Shown here in pieces: positions 1-9,941 of a stretch of 64,000 bases of DNA. The position numbers and the translations under genes were made by a program. The notes under the pieces are model-generated. The model was not told where the DNA came from. It saw nothing but the letters and a program-made list of their open reading frames with translations, and ran no database searches. The stretch spans positions 416,001 through 480,000 of the forward strand of contig CAVVTZ010000007.1 of assembly GCA_963751275.1 (NCBI GenBank). Direction: 5' to 3'. Numbering within the stretch: the stretch's first letter is position 1; the number at the start of each line of letters is the position of its first letter. This DNA comes from an uncultured Gemmatimonadaceae bacterium (GTDB lineage: Bacteria; Gemmatimonadota; Gemmatimonadetes; Gemmatimonadales; Gemmatimonadaceae).

Positions 1-748
1 ACTGCGGATTCGCCAATGCCGAGGTGCTCGCCCAGAGCGCGAGCATCGCATCGAACTTCGCCTCGGGGGCGGCGATGTAGCGCACCCCCGCATTGCAGCT
101 GGCGTGCCAGACGCGCTGGCCGTACAAAGTCGTCCCCCATTGCCTGTTGCAGTTCACCTCCGTGCGCAGGCGGCCGCGCATCTTGTACGAGCCGTTGGTG
201 AACTTCACATCGGCGACCGCCATGTCATGGAAGTTGTCGGGAGGCGTCATTCCTGCCGCGCGGTACTTGTTCGCCCAGAACTCGTCCGCCTGTTCGCGCG
301 ACCGCCGGAATTCCTTCATGACGGAGTCGGGGATCCCAACGTCGCCCACGTAGTCGAGCTTCATCTCCGCCGAGAGCGCCTTCAGGAAATCCTGTGCGCT
401 CATGCCGTCATCGAGCGGGAGACAGCCGGGCTTCACACGGCCTGCGTCGCGTCCGCCCCATGCCCACGCGAGCGGCGGCAACCTCTCAATGAAGCTGAGC
501 CCGTCCGGGCTCACGACGCGCCACACCGCGCTCGCGACGGGGAAGCAGAGATTCCCCTGGTGCACCGCGCCGCGGAAGTGCCAGTCCTTCGGGAACTGGA
601 CCGCGTAGGCGGTCATGCCCATGTAGGGATCGGTGAGGGACGCCACCTGAAAGCCCGCCGCCGGCGGCGGGGGCCAGCCCGCGGGCGGCGACTGGGCGTG
701 AGCGGCGCTGACAACGGCGGCGAGCGCGACGGCAGCGATGCGGCGCAT
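1..748 (-). CDS. Hypothetical secreted protein, runs off the window edge
   Basis: Manual translation from ATG 748 (MRRIAAVALAAVVSAAHAQSPP...) stays open to position 1. Signal peptide with AHA/Q cleavage site. Confidence 0.7.
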   Translation of the reverse strand, partial: MRRIAAVALAAVVSAAHAQSPPAGWPPPPAAGFQVASLTDPYMGMTAYAVQFPKDWHFRGAVHQGNLCFPVASAVWRVVSPDGLSFIERLPPLAWAWGGRDAGRVKPGCLPLDDGMSAQDFLKALSAEMKLDYVGDVGIPDSVMKEFRRSREQADEFWANKYRAAGMTPPDNFHDMAVADVKFTNGSYKMRGRLRTEVNCNRQWGTTLYGQRVWHASCNAGVRYIAAPEAKFDAMLALWASTSALANPQ

Positions 749-828
749 TGGGATGGGAGGTGAGGGTGGTTCTTACGCTGCCTCGGATGGGGAGCGAGCG
801 CAACGGGCGGTGCGCCCCTCCTCGCGCG

Positions 829-2719
829 CTATGGAACGACGGCCGTGGCCGAGACGGTCAGCGGTGAGCCGGTCGCGCCCGCGACGGTCACGCTCAAAGT
901 CTGTGTTCCCGACGCCGGACCGAGCGTCCAGCTCGTGCTCGCCTGACCCGACGCATCGGTCAGCGCGACGACCGGTGACACGGATCCGCCGCCCGTGGCC
1001 ACGTTGAAATTCACCAGGTATCCGGCCAGCGGCCCGCCCGCGGGACTGAGCACCTTCACGACGATCGGCTGAGGGAGCGGACTATCGACCGCTCCGCTCT
1101 GCCCGTCGCCCGACACGAGCGCAAGCGTCGCACTGGATGGGACGACGACCAGCACCTCGATGCCCAAGGCGTAATGCAGCGACGCCGCGATGATGGGTAT
1201 GGTGCCGGGGCTTTCACCCGTGACGGTGACGTTGAGCGAGGTTTTCCCGGCCGGGATCGTGTCTATCATCGTGCCGACCGGCGGGTTGGTGCCCGGGCCC
1301 GGTATGAACTTGAATACGGCCGTGTCCCCACTGATCAACAGCACGGGCAGGCCGCCGGCGGGAGCCGGCGTGGAGATCGCGACGCCCACGGTGGCGGTCC
1401 CACCGACGTGCACCGAGTCGTACGTGAGCGTCACGAAGTTCGGCGTGGCGGTGTCCATCGTCGTGCCGGCGGTGTAGCCCGGCGCGGTGGCGTGCAACAC
1501 CGACACGCCCGGCGCCACGCCCGACGGGAGCAGCGTCGCCAGCGAGGAGCCCTGGGGGAAGGTGATCGTGCCGGGGCCCGGAATGGTGACGTACTGGGTG
1601 CTGTCGCTCGTCACCGTCACGGTGAGGCCGCCCGCCGGCGCCGCGGCGACAGGGTCACGACCGCCTGTGCCTGCTGCGCCGACGCCGATCCCGACGAGGG
1701 CGCCCGGCACGGCGATCGTGATCACGCCGGTAACGGACCGTTCCCGTCGCCGTGAAGGTGACCGGCGTCAGACCGGCCGACAGTCGCCGTCAGCGTGTTC
1801 GCGCGCCGCCGTTGCGACCCAGCGTCCAGCTCCCGACGCACGCGAGTCCCGACGCGTTCGTGGTCGCGCTGCCGCCCGTGACTGCTCCCGCCGCCGCTCG
1901 CCACCGCGAACGTGACGCCACGCCCCGCAACGGGGTGTTGAACGCGTCGGTGACCATCACCTTCGGCGCGACCGCGACCGCGGTCCCCACCGCCGCGCTC
2001 TGTGCGTCGCCCGCCACCTTGGTGACCTTCGCCGGCACGCCGGGCGATCCGGTTCCCACGGTGAGCTGCGTCGAGTCGAATACTCCCGTGGGCGTACTCG
2101 CGTACACCCACACGGTGCCGGTCGTCGCGCCGGCCCGGAACAGTCCCGCGGCGTTGATGGTGTTGCTCTCGCTGCTGGTGGCCCAGTGCACGTAGAACTG
2201 CGCGACCGGCGCGCCGGACGAATCGTAGGCGGCAACGCGGAAGGGCAGCTGCCCGCCGGGCGCGACGACCGAGTCGCGCGGCGCGATGCGCACGGAGTCA
2301 ATGTTCATGCCGGGACCGACGTAGTGCAGCGGGACCCGCACCGGCGCCGCGGTCTGTCCCGCGGTCACCAGGATCGGCGCCTGCCCGGTGAACATCAGCG
2401 TGCCGCTCGCGAGGAGATCGACGGTCACGGTGTACGTGGCGGTGTCGGTCACGGGCAGCGACATCGCGGTCGTGATCTCGGTGGAGTCGGGCGAGAAGGG
2501 ATAGGTCTGCGTCACCGATTCCGCGCCGCGGACCGCGATCAATTCGACCTTGTCGATCGTGAGGCCGCCGAAGGAACCGTACGCGACGGTGAGCTGGGGC
2601 CTGATCGCCAGCGACGCCGTGTGCTCCACGATGCCGCTGGGACTGTCGCACGCGATGGCCGCGCCCACCGCCGCCAGGGCAGAGAGCAGAATGCGACGGC
2701 GGTCGCGGGCGCGAAACAT
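829..2719 (-). CDS. Lipoprotein with bacterial Ig-like domains (frameshifted around 1740-1920)
   Basis: Lipobox AIAC. Repeated Ig-like motifs (VAGDAQSAAVG, VTFAVASGGG, WTLG, SGDGQSGAV) are spread over ORFs 1790..2719, 1722..2111 and 829..1725. Confidence 0.7.
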
Positions 2720-2720
2720 C

Positions 2721-3287
2721 TTACAGCTCCTCCCCCGCCCGCGCCGTCGGGATCGGCTCCTGCGGCGATGAACGCAGCATCACGTTCAGCAGGATGCCGT
2801 ACAGGATCAGGCACGCGATCGCGCCCAGCACGCCGCCCGCGAGCGCGATGTCGCCCACGTCCGACCGCTCGGCCAGCTCGGGCGCGACCGCACCGCAGAT
2901 GATCGAGAAGGTGATCACCACGCCAGTGGCGCGCAGCGACATCCAGAACGACCGCCGCAGGGCGTGATCGTGATCCAGCTCCCAGGTGAGCGCCGAGTAG
3001 TGCAGCAGCATGCTGGAGTTCGTCTCGCTGCTGTTGGTCGAGAGCAGCGCGCCGTACGCGCGCGCGAGTTCATGATAGCTGCGCCGCGTGAGCAGATGGC
3101 TCAGGTACAACTCACTCATGGACTGCTGCGGCACCTCGGTCAGCTTCTCAGCCGCGCGCTCGATGCTCCGTGCGGTCGCCTGCAGCGCGAAGAGCACGAT
3201 GGCGCCGAGCAGCCCCATCGCACCGGCGAGCGTCTCGGCGATCGTGCTCATCGAGTTGAGCAGTGCGAGTTCCAGATGCGCGTTCAT
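2721..3287 (-). CDS. Hypothetical membrane protein
   Basis: C-terminal part of ORF 2721..4400 from MNAHLEL. Three hydrophobic segments. CATAAT lies 7 nt before the ATG. Confidence 0.6.
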   Translation of the reverse strand: MNAHLELALLNSMSTIAETLAGAMGLLGAIVLFALQATARSIERAAEKLTEVPQQSMSELYLSHLLTRRSYHELARAYGALLSTNSSETNSSMLLHYSALTWELDHDHALRRSFWMSLRATGVVITFSIICGAVAPELAERSDVGDIALAGGVLGAIACLILYGILLNVMLRSSPQEPIPTARAGEEL

Positions 3288-3391
3288 GGGAAGGATTATG
3301 GGCGCAGCGGGCGGAGCCGTCCAGTGAGCGCCGGCCGGTCGCGGCTGGCGCGCGCGACCCGTCACGCGACACCATCTACGGCCGCTCGCGC

Positions 3392-5035
3392 TCAGAACCG
3401 GTAGCTGAGACTCGCGTACAGCTGGTCGTTGCTCTCGAGGCCACCGGTCGTGCGCATTGCGGAGATCAGCAGGTACCACGACCGCGTGAGCCCCACGTCC
3501 GCGTCGAGGCCGAACCACCGCACCATGGTCTGCGGCACGGTCGTGGAGTCGGTGGCCACGATGCGCGGATCGTGCTCCTGCCGCAGGCCGCCGTTGAGCT
3601 CCAGCCGCAGCCGCCACACGGGGCTGAATCCCACGTTGCCCGCATAGAGCCACCCATCGATGGTCTGGCTCGTGTACTTCGTGGTGCGCAGTCGCACGGT
3701 GCCCTGCATCGCGAAGTTCGTCGCGATCCAGCCCGTGTACGACGACGCGGCGCCGTACGCCCCGCCCAGACTCTGCCGCGCATCGCCGCCGATGTGCAGC
3801 GCGCGCATCGGTGCGATCGAGATCCCGCCCCACATCCCCTCGCGGAAGCTGTCGTCGAACGACGTCTCGGGGCTCACGTAGTCGCGGTACAGGATCACGT
3901 TGCGCCGGTTGTCGAAGCCGCCGTACAGACTCACGAAGTCGGTCACCTGCAGCTGCGCAGTGGCGAAGGTGCTCGTGGGCGCGAGCGTGGGCAGTCCCAT
4001 CGCGGCCTTCCATCCGCGATTGTAGTCCACCTCCTGCGTGGCATACAGAGTGAACCGGCGGTCGGAGAAGAACGCCTGCGCGAAGAGGAACTCGCGATTG
4101 AGCGCGCTGCCGTCGTACGAGCCAATGCCGCCCACGGTGAAGGCCCATTGCGCCGCGCCGCCATTCGCGCTGAGCGGCGAAACGGGCGCCTGGTGGATCT
4201 GCACGTAGCCGCCGTACTGTCGTATCTGGCTCGAATAGCCCATGGTGAGCGGATCGGGTTGGGATCCGCCGAAGGCACCGAAGCTCCAGTGCTGCTTCAC
4301 CAGCTCCGCCGTCGCACCGTCGAACAGGCTCACGCTCGAGAGCGCCGACACGTATTGACGCCCCACGGTCATGTGGGCGCCGGACGCCGCGTCCACCCAC
4401 GTCACCGCCGCCTGGTAGACGCGCAGCGCGTCGTCGCTGGTCGTCGTGCCGTCGGGGAGCACGGTGTACGTGCGCCGGCTGCGCGTGTCCAGCGCGAAGA
4501 AGATCGGTGAGCCATTCACCGCCGCGCCGAACAGACTCAGCTCCAATCCCGGCTGTGAGATCCGTCCCGTCGCCGAGTCGCGGCCGGCCACCAGTTGGTA
4601 CGTGACGCCGATCCGCCCGCGGATCCCGAGATCCTTCAGCCGGCTGGGCGGCGGCGCGCCCGACGCCCGCGCCTGCGCCACCTTCACGCTGTCCGCCGGG
4701 AGCTTCGAGAAGCGCACGCTGTCATAGACATTCACCGCCGAGGCGCCGCTCGCGACCTCGCACGCCGCCGAATGCGACGAGAGATACTGCACCTTGAGTT
4801 CCGCGATCACGGCGCCGGCGCGCAGCACCACTACGCGGCTCCCATGCCACACGCCGTCGCGGCTGCCGGCCGAGATGTACACCGACTGCCCGGAGACGTA
4901 CGACACCATCGTCGCGCCGGAGAGCGAGTCGGGGAGCGGCGCCGGCGCGGCGCCGCTGTTCACCGCCTGCGCCGCCACGGCGGGCGCGACGAGCGCCGCC
5001 GCGAACGCGAGCTGCCGCACGACGCGCGCGCTCAT
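3392..5035 (-). CDS. Outer-membrane beta-barrel protein, putative porin of a porin-cytochrome complex
   Basis: Signal peptide, amphipathic beta-strands, C-terminal YASLSYRF (BamA-type signal). Start overlaps the stop of the upstream multiheme cytochrome gene. Confidence 0.75.
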   Translation of the reverse strand: MSARVVRQLAFAAALVAPAVAAQAVNSGAAPAPLPDSLSGATMVSYVSGQSVYISAGSRDGVWHGSRVVVLRAGAVIAELKVQYLSSHSAACEVASGASAVNVYDSVRFSKLPADSVKVAQARASGAPPPSRLKDLGIRGRIGVTYQLVAGRDSATGRISQPGLELSLFGAAVNGSPIFFALDTRSRRTYTVLPDGTTTSDDALRVYQAAVTWVDAASGAHMTVGRQYVSALSSVSLFDGATAELVKQHWSFGAFGGSQPDPLTMGYSSQIRQYGGYVQIHQAPVSPLSANGGAAQWAFTVGGIGSYDGSALNREFLFAQAFFSDRRFTLYATQEVDYNRGWKAAMGLPTLAPTSTFATAQLQVTDFVSLYGGFDNRRNVILYRDYVSPETSFDDSFREGMWGGISIAPMRALHIGGDARQSLGGAYGAASSYTGWIATNFAMQGTVRLRTTKYTSQTIDGWLYAGNVGFSPVWRLRLELNGGLRQEHDPRIVATDSTTVPQTMVRWFGLDADVGLTRSWYLLISAMRTTGGLESNDQLYASLSYRF

Positions 5036-6513
5036 CCGGCCCGTCCGCGCGGATGGCAGCTGTAGCACGCCTGGCTGTCATAGCGGTAGCCCGACACTCC
5101 GTGATGATTGTTGTTCGTGCTGGTCTGTGAGTGACAGCCGTTGATGCACGAGAAGACGACGTAGTTCGCCGGGTTCGTGTGGCAGGTGGCGCAGCTGCTC
5201 CACCGGCCGTTGTGCGCGCCGGAATAGATCGGGAAGAAGCTCGCGTCGTGATTGAAGGTGGCGCCGAGCCAGGTGGACGTCGTGTGGCAGTTCTGACACG
5301 CCGTGGGGAATCCCGCCGCCGCGTGCGCCGGATTGTTCGTGCCGTTGTAATCGGTGAGGTGGCAGGACACGCACGTCGTCGGCTTGCCGGCGTATACGCC
5401 GTCGCTGTGACAGGCGGTGCAGGCCAGCGGGATGTGCGCGCCGGTGAGCGGGAAGAGCGTCTTCGAATGGTCGAACACCGCGCCCGTCCACGTCGTGGTG
5501 GAGTGGCACGTCTCGCACGTCGTACCGAAGCCGGACGCGCTGTGGCTGGGCGTCGCGGTGTTGTAATCGTTGAGATGGCACGACACGCACGTCGTCGGCT
5601 TCCCCTTGTAGACGTTGTCCGAGTGGCACGCCGAGCAGATGAGCGCGAGGTGCGCGCCGGTCAGCGGGAAGAGCGTCTTCTGGTGGTCGAAGGCCGCGTC
5701 GGTCCAGCGCACCGTACTGTGGCAATCGAGGCACTCGGTGGGGAAGCCGGCCGGCGCGTGGGCGGGCGACGCCGTGCCATTGTAATCGGTGAGGTGGCAG
5801 GAGACGCAGGTCGTCGGCTTCCCCTTGTACACGCCGTCGCCGTGGCACGCGCTGCATTGCACGGCCAGATGCGCGCCGGTGAGCGGAAAGAGCGTGGCCG
5901 AATGATTGAACGTCGAGCGGTCCCACGTCACGGTCGTGTGGCAGGCTTCGCATACCGTGGGGAATCCGGCCGCCTGGTGCGGAGGGTTCACGGTGGCGAC
6001 GTACGCGGGCATGTGGCAGGCCATGCATTCCACCGGCCGTCCGACGAACGTCATGTGCCCCTGCTGCACGGGCGGGTGGCACGACATGCAATCCGCCATC
6101 ACGTGCGCGCCGGTGAGCGGGAAGCGCGTGGTCTGGTGCCGCTGGTTCATGACCGACCGGTCGAGGAAGTTCCTCGGCGAGTGGCACAGCGCGCAGTTCG
6201 ATCCGAGCTCGCCGCGGTGGATGTCCTGGTGGCAGTCCGCGCACTTGGTGCTCGTGCCCTTGAACGTGAGCGACGTGTGGCACGCGCGGCAGTTCGTCTG
6301 CGCGTGGGCCCCCTCCAGCGGGAATTGCTTGGGCGCGTGCTTGAAGCCGGCGCTGATCTTCGCCGGCTTCCAGGCGTCGGGACTGTGGCACGACGCGCAC
6401 GGCTCCTTGAGCTCGCCGTGCGGGTTCGTGACGGTCTGCTGCGCGGGCGCGGACGGCGCCGCGCCGAGCACGCACGCGGTGGCGGCGAGCGCCAGGATGA
6501 TCGCACGGGTCAT
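5032..6513 (-). CDS. Multiheme c-type cytochrome (18 CxxCH + 1 CxxxCH)
   Basis: Signal peptide MTRAIILALAATAC...; motifs counted by hand. Repeating FPLTGAH triheme units. Confidence 0.92.
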   Translation of the reverse strand: MTRAIILALAATACVLGAAPSAPAQQTVTNPHGELKEPCASCHSPDAWKPAKISAGFKHAPKQFPLEGAHAQTNCRACHTSLTFKGTSTKCADCHQDIHRGELGSNCALCHSPRNFLDRSVMNQRHQTTRFPLTGAHVMADCMSCHPPVQQGHMTFVGRPVECMACHMPAYVATVNPPHQAAGFPTVCEACHTTVTWDRSTFNHSATLFPLTGAHLAVQCSACHGDGVYKGKPTTCVSCHLTDYNGTASPAHAPAGFPTECLDCHSTVRWTDAAFDHQKTLFPLTGAHLALICSACHSDNVYKGKPTTCVSCHLNDYNTATPSHSASGFGTTCETCHSTTTWTGAVFDHSKTLFPLTGAHIPLACTACHSDGVYAGKPTTCVSCHLTDYNGTNNPAHAAAGFPTACQNCHTTSTWLGATFNHDASFFPIYSGAHNGRWSSCATCHTNPANYVVFSCINGCHSQTSTNNNHHGVSGYRYDSQACYSCHPRGRAG

Positions 6514-8519
6514 GGGCGGACCGGTTGAGTGTGGCAGCTCTCGCACTTCGGCGAGAGGCCGCGGTAATCGATCGACGCGCGCGGTGCGCCGGGCGGCGGT
6601 TTGTGGCAGCCGGCGCACGGGACCTTCGCGTGCGCTCCGGTGAGCGCGAACGACGCGTCGCGGTCGTGATCGAAGCGCACGGCGGGCACGAACGCATCGA
6701 GCCCGTGACAGCTCTCGCATCCGCCGGCCGCGCGGCGCTTCGCGAACTGATCGCCGTGCGGGTCAGTGTGGCACGCGACGCACCCGTCGTGCCGCGCCGC
6801 GAACGTGATCGTGGCCGGCGCCTTCGCAAGGATGAGCGTGGACTTGAACGGCGCGGCCTTCATGTCGGTGTGGCAACTCACGCACGGCACCGCGAGATGC
6901 GCCCCCGCGAGCGGGAACGCCGACTTCGCGTGCGCGGCGGCGTCGAACGTCGAGGGCCGGAAGTGCTTCGTGTCATGGCACGCCGCGCAGGTCGCGTACA
7001 GCTTCGCCTCGTCCGCGCGCGTGAAACGCCCGCCGTGCGCATCCAGGTGGCATGCGGCACACGACGTCTCCGGCACCTTGAACGCGACTCTCGCCTTGCC
7101 GAGCCGCTCGGGCGCCGCGAGCGGCGGCAGCCCTGCGCGTCCCACCGAGTGGCACGCCCCGCACGGGATCTCGGCGTGCCGGCCGTCGAGCGCGAGCTTG
7201 AGCGAGGCGTGCGCCTTCGTGGTGTACGTCGTCGGCGTCCAGCCGGCGACCTTGTGGCACGCTTCGCACGCGCCCTTGTCGGAGCGTAATGCGAGCTGGC
7301 CCGCATGATCGTCGGCGTGACAATCGCGGCACACGGCGCGCGCGGGCCGCATTTCGATCTGCTTCCGCGATGCGCCCGCCACCGTCACCGTGCGCGTCGC
7401 GTGGCACGCACCGCACTTCACGGCGGCGTGCTTCCCCTCCAGCGGATACGCGCTCTTCGCGTGCTGCGCCACGGTGTACGTACTCGGGCGGTAACCCTCC
7501 ACGGTGTGGCAGGCGTCGCAGTCCACCGTTCGGCCGGCGAGCGTCGCCTTGCCGGCGTGCACATTGGCGTGGCATCCGTTGCAGCTGCCGAATGCGGGAT
7601 GCATCCCCTGGCTCGGGAATCCGATGTGACAGCTCGCGCACGCGACCGTGGCGTGCCGGCCGCGGAGCGGATAGCGCGTCGCATCGTGATCGAAGGTCTT
7701 CCGGTTGATCGTCTGGAAGCTCGACGTCACGTGACACTTGTCGCACGCCCCGGCGAGGCGCCCCTTGTGCGGGTCCGCGTGACAGTCGGCGCAGTCCGCA
7801 TGGCTCACCGGCTTGAACACCGGGATCAGCGCGCCCTGGTCGTTCGTGCGCGGCGCGAGGCGCGCGGCCGTGTGGCACTTGGCGCACGGCACGTCCGCAT
7901 GCTTGCCCGTGAGCGGATACGCCGAGCTGTCGTGATCGAATCCGCTCGCCGGTTTCCATCCCGTCATCACGTGGCAGGTGAGACACTTGGCGCCGAGCGC
8001 CTTGCGGTGCGGGTCCTCATGGCACGAGAGGCAATCGGTCTCGAGGCCCACCCAGCCGGCGCCGTGCGTGCGCGGCGACAGCGCGGCCACGGGCGATGTG
8101 CGGAATGCCGTCTTGTGGCACGACGCGCATTTCAGATCCGCGTGCTTGCCCTCGAGCGGCCAGCCCGCTTGCCGGTGGTCGAACCGCTCAGCGGAGCCGT
8201 CGGGCCACTTGATGAGGGAGAAGTCCGTGCCGGCGTGATCCGGATGGCAGCTCGCGCACGCCGCCTTCGCGTTGCGCGCGTGCAGTCCGCGTCCGCTCTC
8301 CACGAGCGCGGGGATCTCCTTGTGACAGCTCACGCACGCCTGGTTCATCGCGCCGCTCCTCGTGCCGTGACACTTCGTGCAGTTCAGCGAGCCTTCGAGT
8401 TCCGCATGCGGCTTCGCCAGCGGACCGGGCGAGATCTGCGCCCGGAGCGCGAACGGCACCGCCACCATCGCGAGCAGCACGCAGGCCGCCCGCACCGCGC
8501 TACCCGGCTTGAGCGACAT
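6510..8519 (-). CDS. Multiheme c-type cytochrome (23 CxxCH)
   Basis: Signal peptide followed by QISPGPLAKPH. 23 CxxCH motifs counted, with FDH/PLxGxH distal-His motifs. Confidence 0.92.
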   Translation of the reverse strand: MSLKPGSAVRAACVLLAMVAVPFALRAQISPGPLAKPHAELEGSLNCTKCHGTRSGAMNQACVSCHKEIPALVESGRGLHARNAKAACASCHPDHAGTDFSLIKWPDGSAERFDHRQAGWPLEGKHADLKCASCHKTAFRTSPVAALSPRTHGAGWVGLETDCLSCHEDPHRKALGAKCLTCHVMTGWKPASGFDHDSSAYPLTGKHADVPCAKCHTAARLAPRTNDQGALIPVFKPVSHADCADCHADPHKGRLAGACDKCHVTSSFQTINRKTFDHDATRYPLRGRHATVACASCHIGFPSQGMHPAFGSCNGCHANVHAGKATLAGRTVDCDACHTVEGYRPSTYTVAQHAKSAYPLEGKHAAVKCGACHATRTVTVAGASRKQIEMRPARAVCRDCHADDHAGQLALRSDKGACEACHKVAGWTPTTYTTKAHASLKLALDGRHAEIPCGACHSVGRAGLPPLAAPERLGKARVAFKVPETSCAACHLDAHGGRFTRADEAKLYATCAACHDTKHFRPSTFDAAAHAKSAFPLAGAHLAVPCVSCHTDMKAAPFKSTLILAKAPATITFAARHDGCVACHTDPHGDQFAKRRAAGGCESCHGLDAFVPAVRFDHDRDASFALTGAHAKVPCAGCHKPPPGAPRASIDYRGLSPKCESCHTQPVRP

Positions 8520-9936
8520 CCGGCTCGAGCGGGATCTCCTTCTGCACCATGCGCACGCCCATCCGCTCGAGGAACGCGGAAGGGGGATCGCCGCCGATGC
8601 GGATGATCACGTCGTCATTCGGGAGGATCAGCGCTTCGCCCGCGGCGTCGAGCACCACCACATCGCCGCGGATCTCGCGCACGGTGCTGTTCAACACCAC
8701 GTGCACGGTGCCGAGTTCGACCGCGCGGTCGAGCTTCTGCCGCAGCCGATCCTTGAGGCGCGCGAAGCGGTCTCCTCGATAGCTGAGCGTGACCGTCGTG
8801 CCCGCCTGGTTCGCGAGGCCGAGCACGGTCTCCACCGCCGTGTCGCCGCCGCCCACGACCAGCACATGCCGCTTCGCGAAATCCTCCATCTCCGCCACGT
8901 CGTAGAAGACCTTCCCCAGCTCCTCGCCGGGCACGCCGAGGCGGCGCGCCGTTCCGCGCCGCCCCATCGCGAGCACCACATGCCGCGCGCGGTACTCGTG
9001 CTCGCCCGCGCGCAGACGGAAGAGCCAGCCCTGCCGCGTGATGTCCTCCACGCGGCGCTCGGTCTCCACGCGAAGACCGGTGGTCGCGACGATCTCCTCC
9101 CACGCCTGGAGCAGCGCTTCTTTCGATCCGTCGGCGACATAGAGGTCGCCGTACATCGGGATGTTCAGCGGCTCCGCGAAGAGGAGTTTGTGCCGCGGAT
9201 ACTTCCGCACGCTGTCGGCGAGCGACCCCTGCTCGAGCACCACATAGGTCAGCCCCGAGCGCAGCGCCTCGAGACCGGCGCTGAGTCCCGCGGGTCCCGA
9301 GCCCACGATCGCGACATCGACGGTCGCGTCCGTCGCGACCGGCATCGCGCCGGCGCTCACGGCGCGGCGCACGTGCTCCATCGCGACCTTCCCCTCGTTG
9401 ATCGCGTTCTTGATCAGACCGCGGCCGCCCAGCTCACCCACGATGTACAAGCCGGGAATGTTCGTCTCGAAATTCCCATCGACTTGCGGCACGACCACGC
9501 GGTTCACGGCGGCGCCCGCGGACATCGCGATCGCGCCCACCGGGCACGCGGTCGCGCACTCGCCGTGCCCCACGCAGTGCGCGGCGTCCACGACGGCGAG
9601 CTTGCCTCGCATCGTGATCGCGTTGGGCTCCGGGCAGGCATGCACGCACGTCCCGCATCCGACGCACATGTCCGAGCGCACGTGCGCGCGCATCGCGCCG
9701 CCGGCGTCGTCCGCCGCGTCGGGCGCGACCGCCGCGGCCACGACGTCGAACAGCTGCAACGGTACCCGGCAGCCAGGGCACACCACCGCACCCGCCGGCA
9801 CCGCGGCCCGGCATCGCGGGCACGCGGCGATGCGCGGCCGTGCCGGACGCGCCGCCGCGGAGCCGGCCGGCTTCCGCAGGTGGAAGTAGACCGACAGCGA
9901 GGTGATCACCAGGAACCCGAGCGTGGTCCAGAGCAT
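8500..9936 (-). CDS. Membrane-anchored zinc-ribbon / 2x[4Fe-4S] / FAD-NAD(P)H oxidoreductase (thioredoxin-reductase/YpdA-like)
   Basis: N-terminal TM helix; CPRC..CPGC; CVGCGTCVHACP and CVGHGECATACP; GSGPAG (FAD); GGGDTA (NAD(P)H). Confidence 0.85.
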   Translation of the reverse strand: MLWTTLGFLVITSLSVYFHLRKPAGSAAARPARPRIAACPRCRAAVPAGAVVCPGCRVPLQLFDVVAAAVAPDAADDAGGAMRAHVRSDMCVGCGTCVHACPEPNAITMRGKLAVVDAAHCVGHGECATACPVGAIAMSAGAAVNRVVVPQVDGNFETNIPGLYIVGELGGRGLIKNAINEGKVAMEHVRRAVSAGAMPVATDATVDVAIVGSGPAGLSAGLEALRSGLTYVVLEQGSLADSVRKYPRHKLLFAEPLNIPMYGDLYVADGSKEALLQAWEEIVATTGLRVETERRVEDITRQGWLFRLRAGEHEYRARHVVLAMGRRGTARRLGVPGEELGKVFYDVAEMEDFAKRHVLVVGGGDTAVETVLGLANQAGTTVTLSYRGDRFARLKDRLRQKLDRAVELGTVHVVLNSTVREIRGDVVVLDAAGEALILPNDDVIIRIGGDPPSAFLERMGVRMVQKEIPLEPDVAQAG

Positions 9937-9941
9937 GCGCG

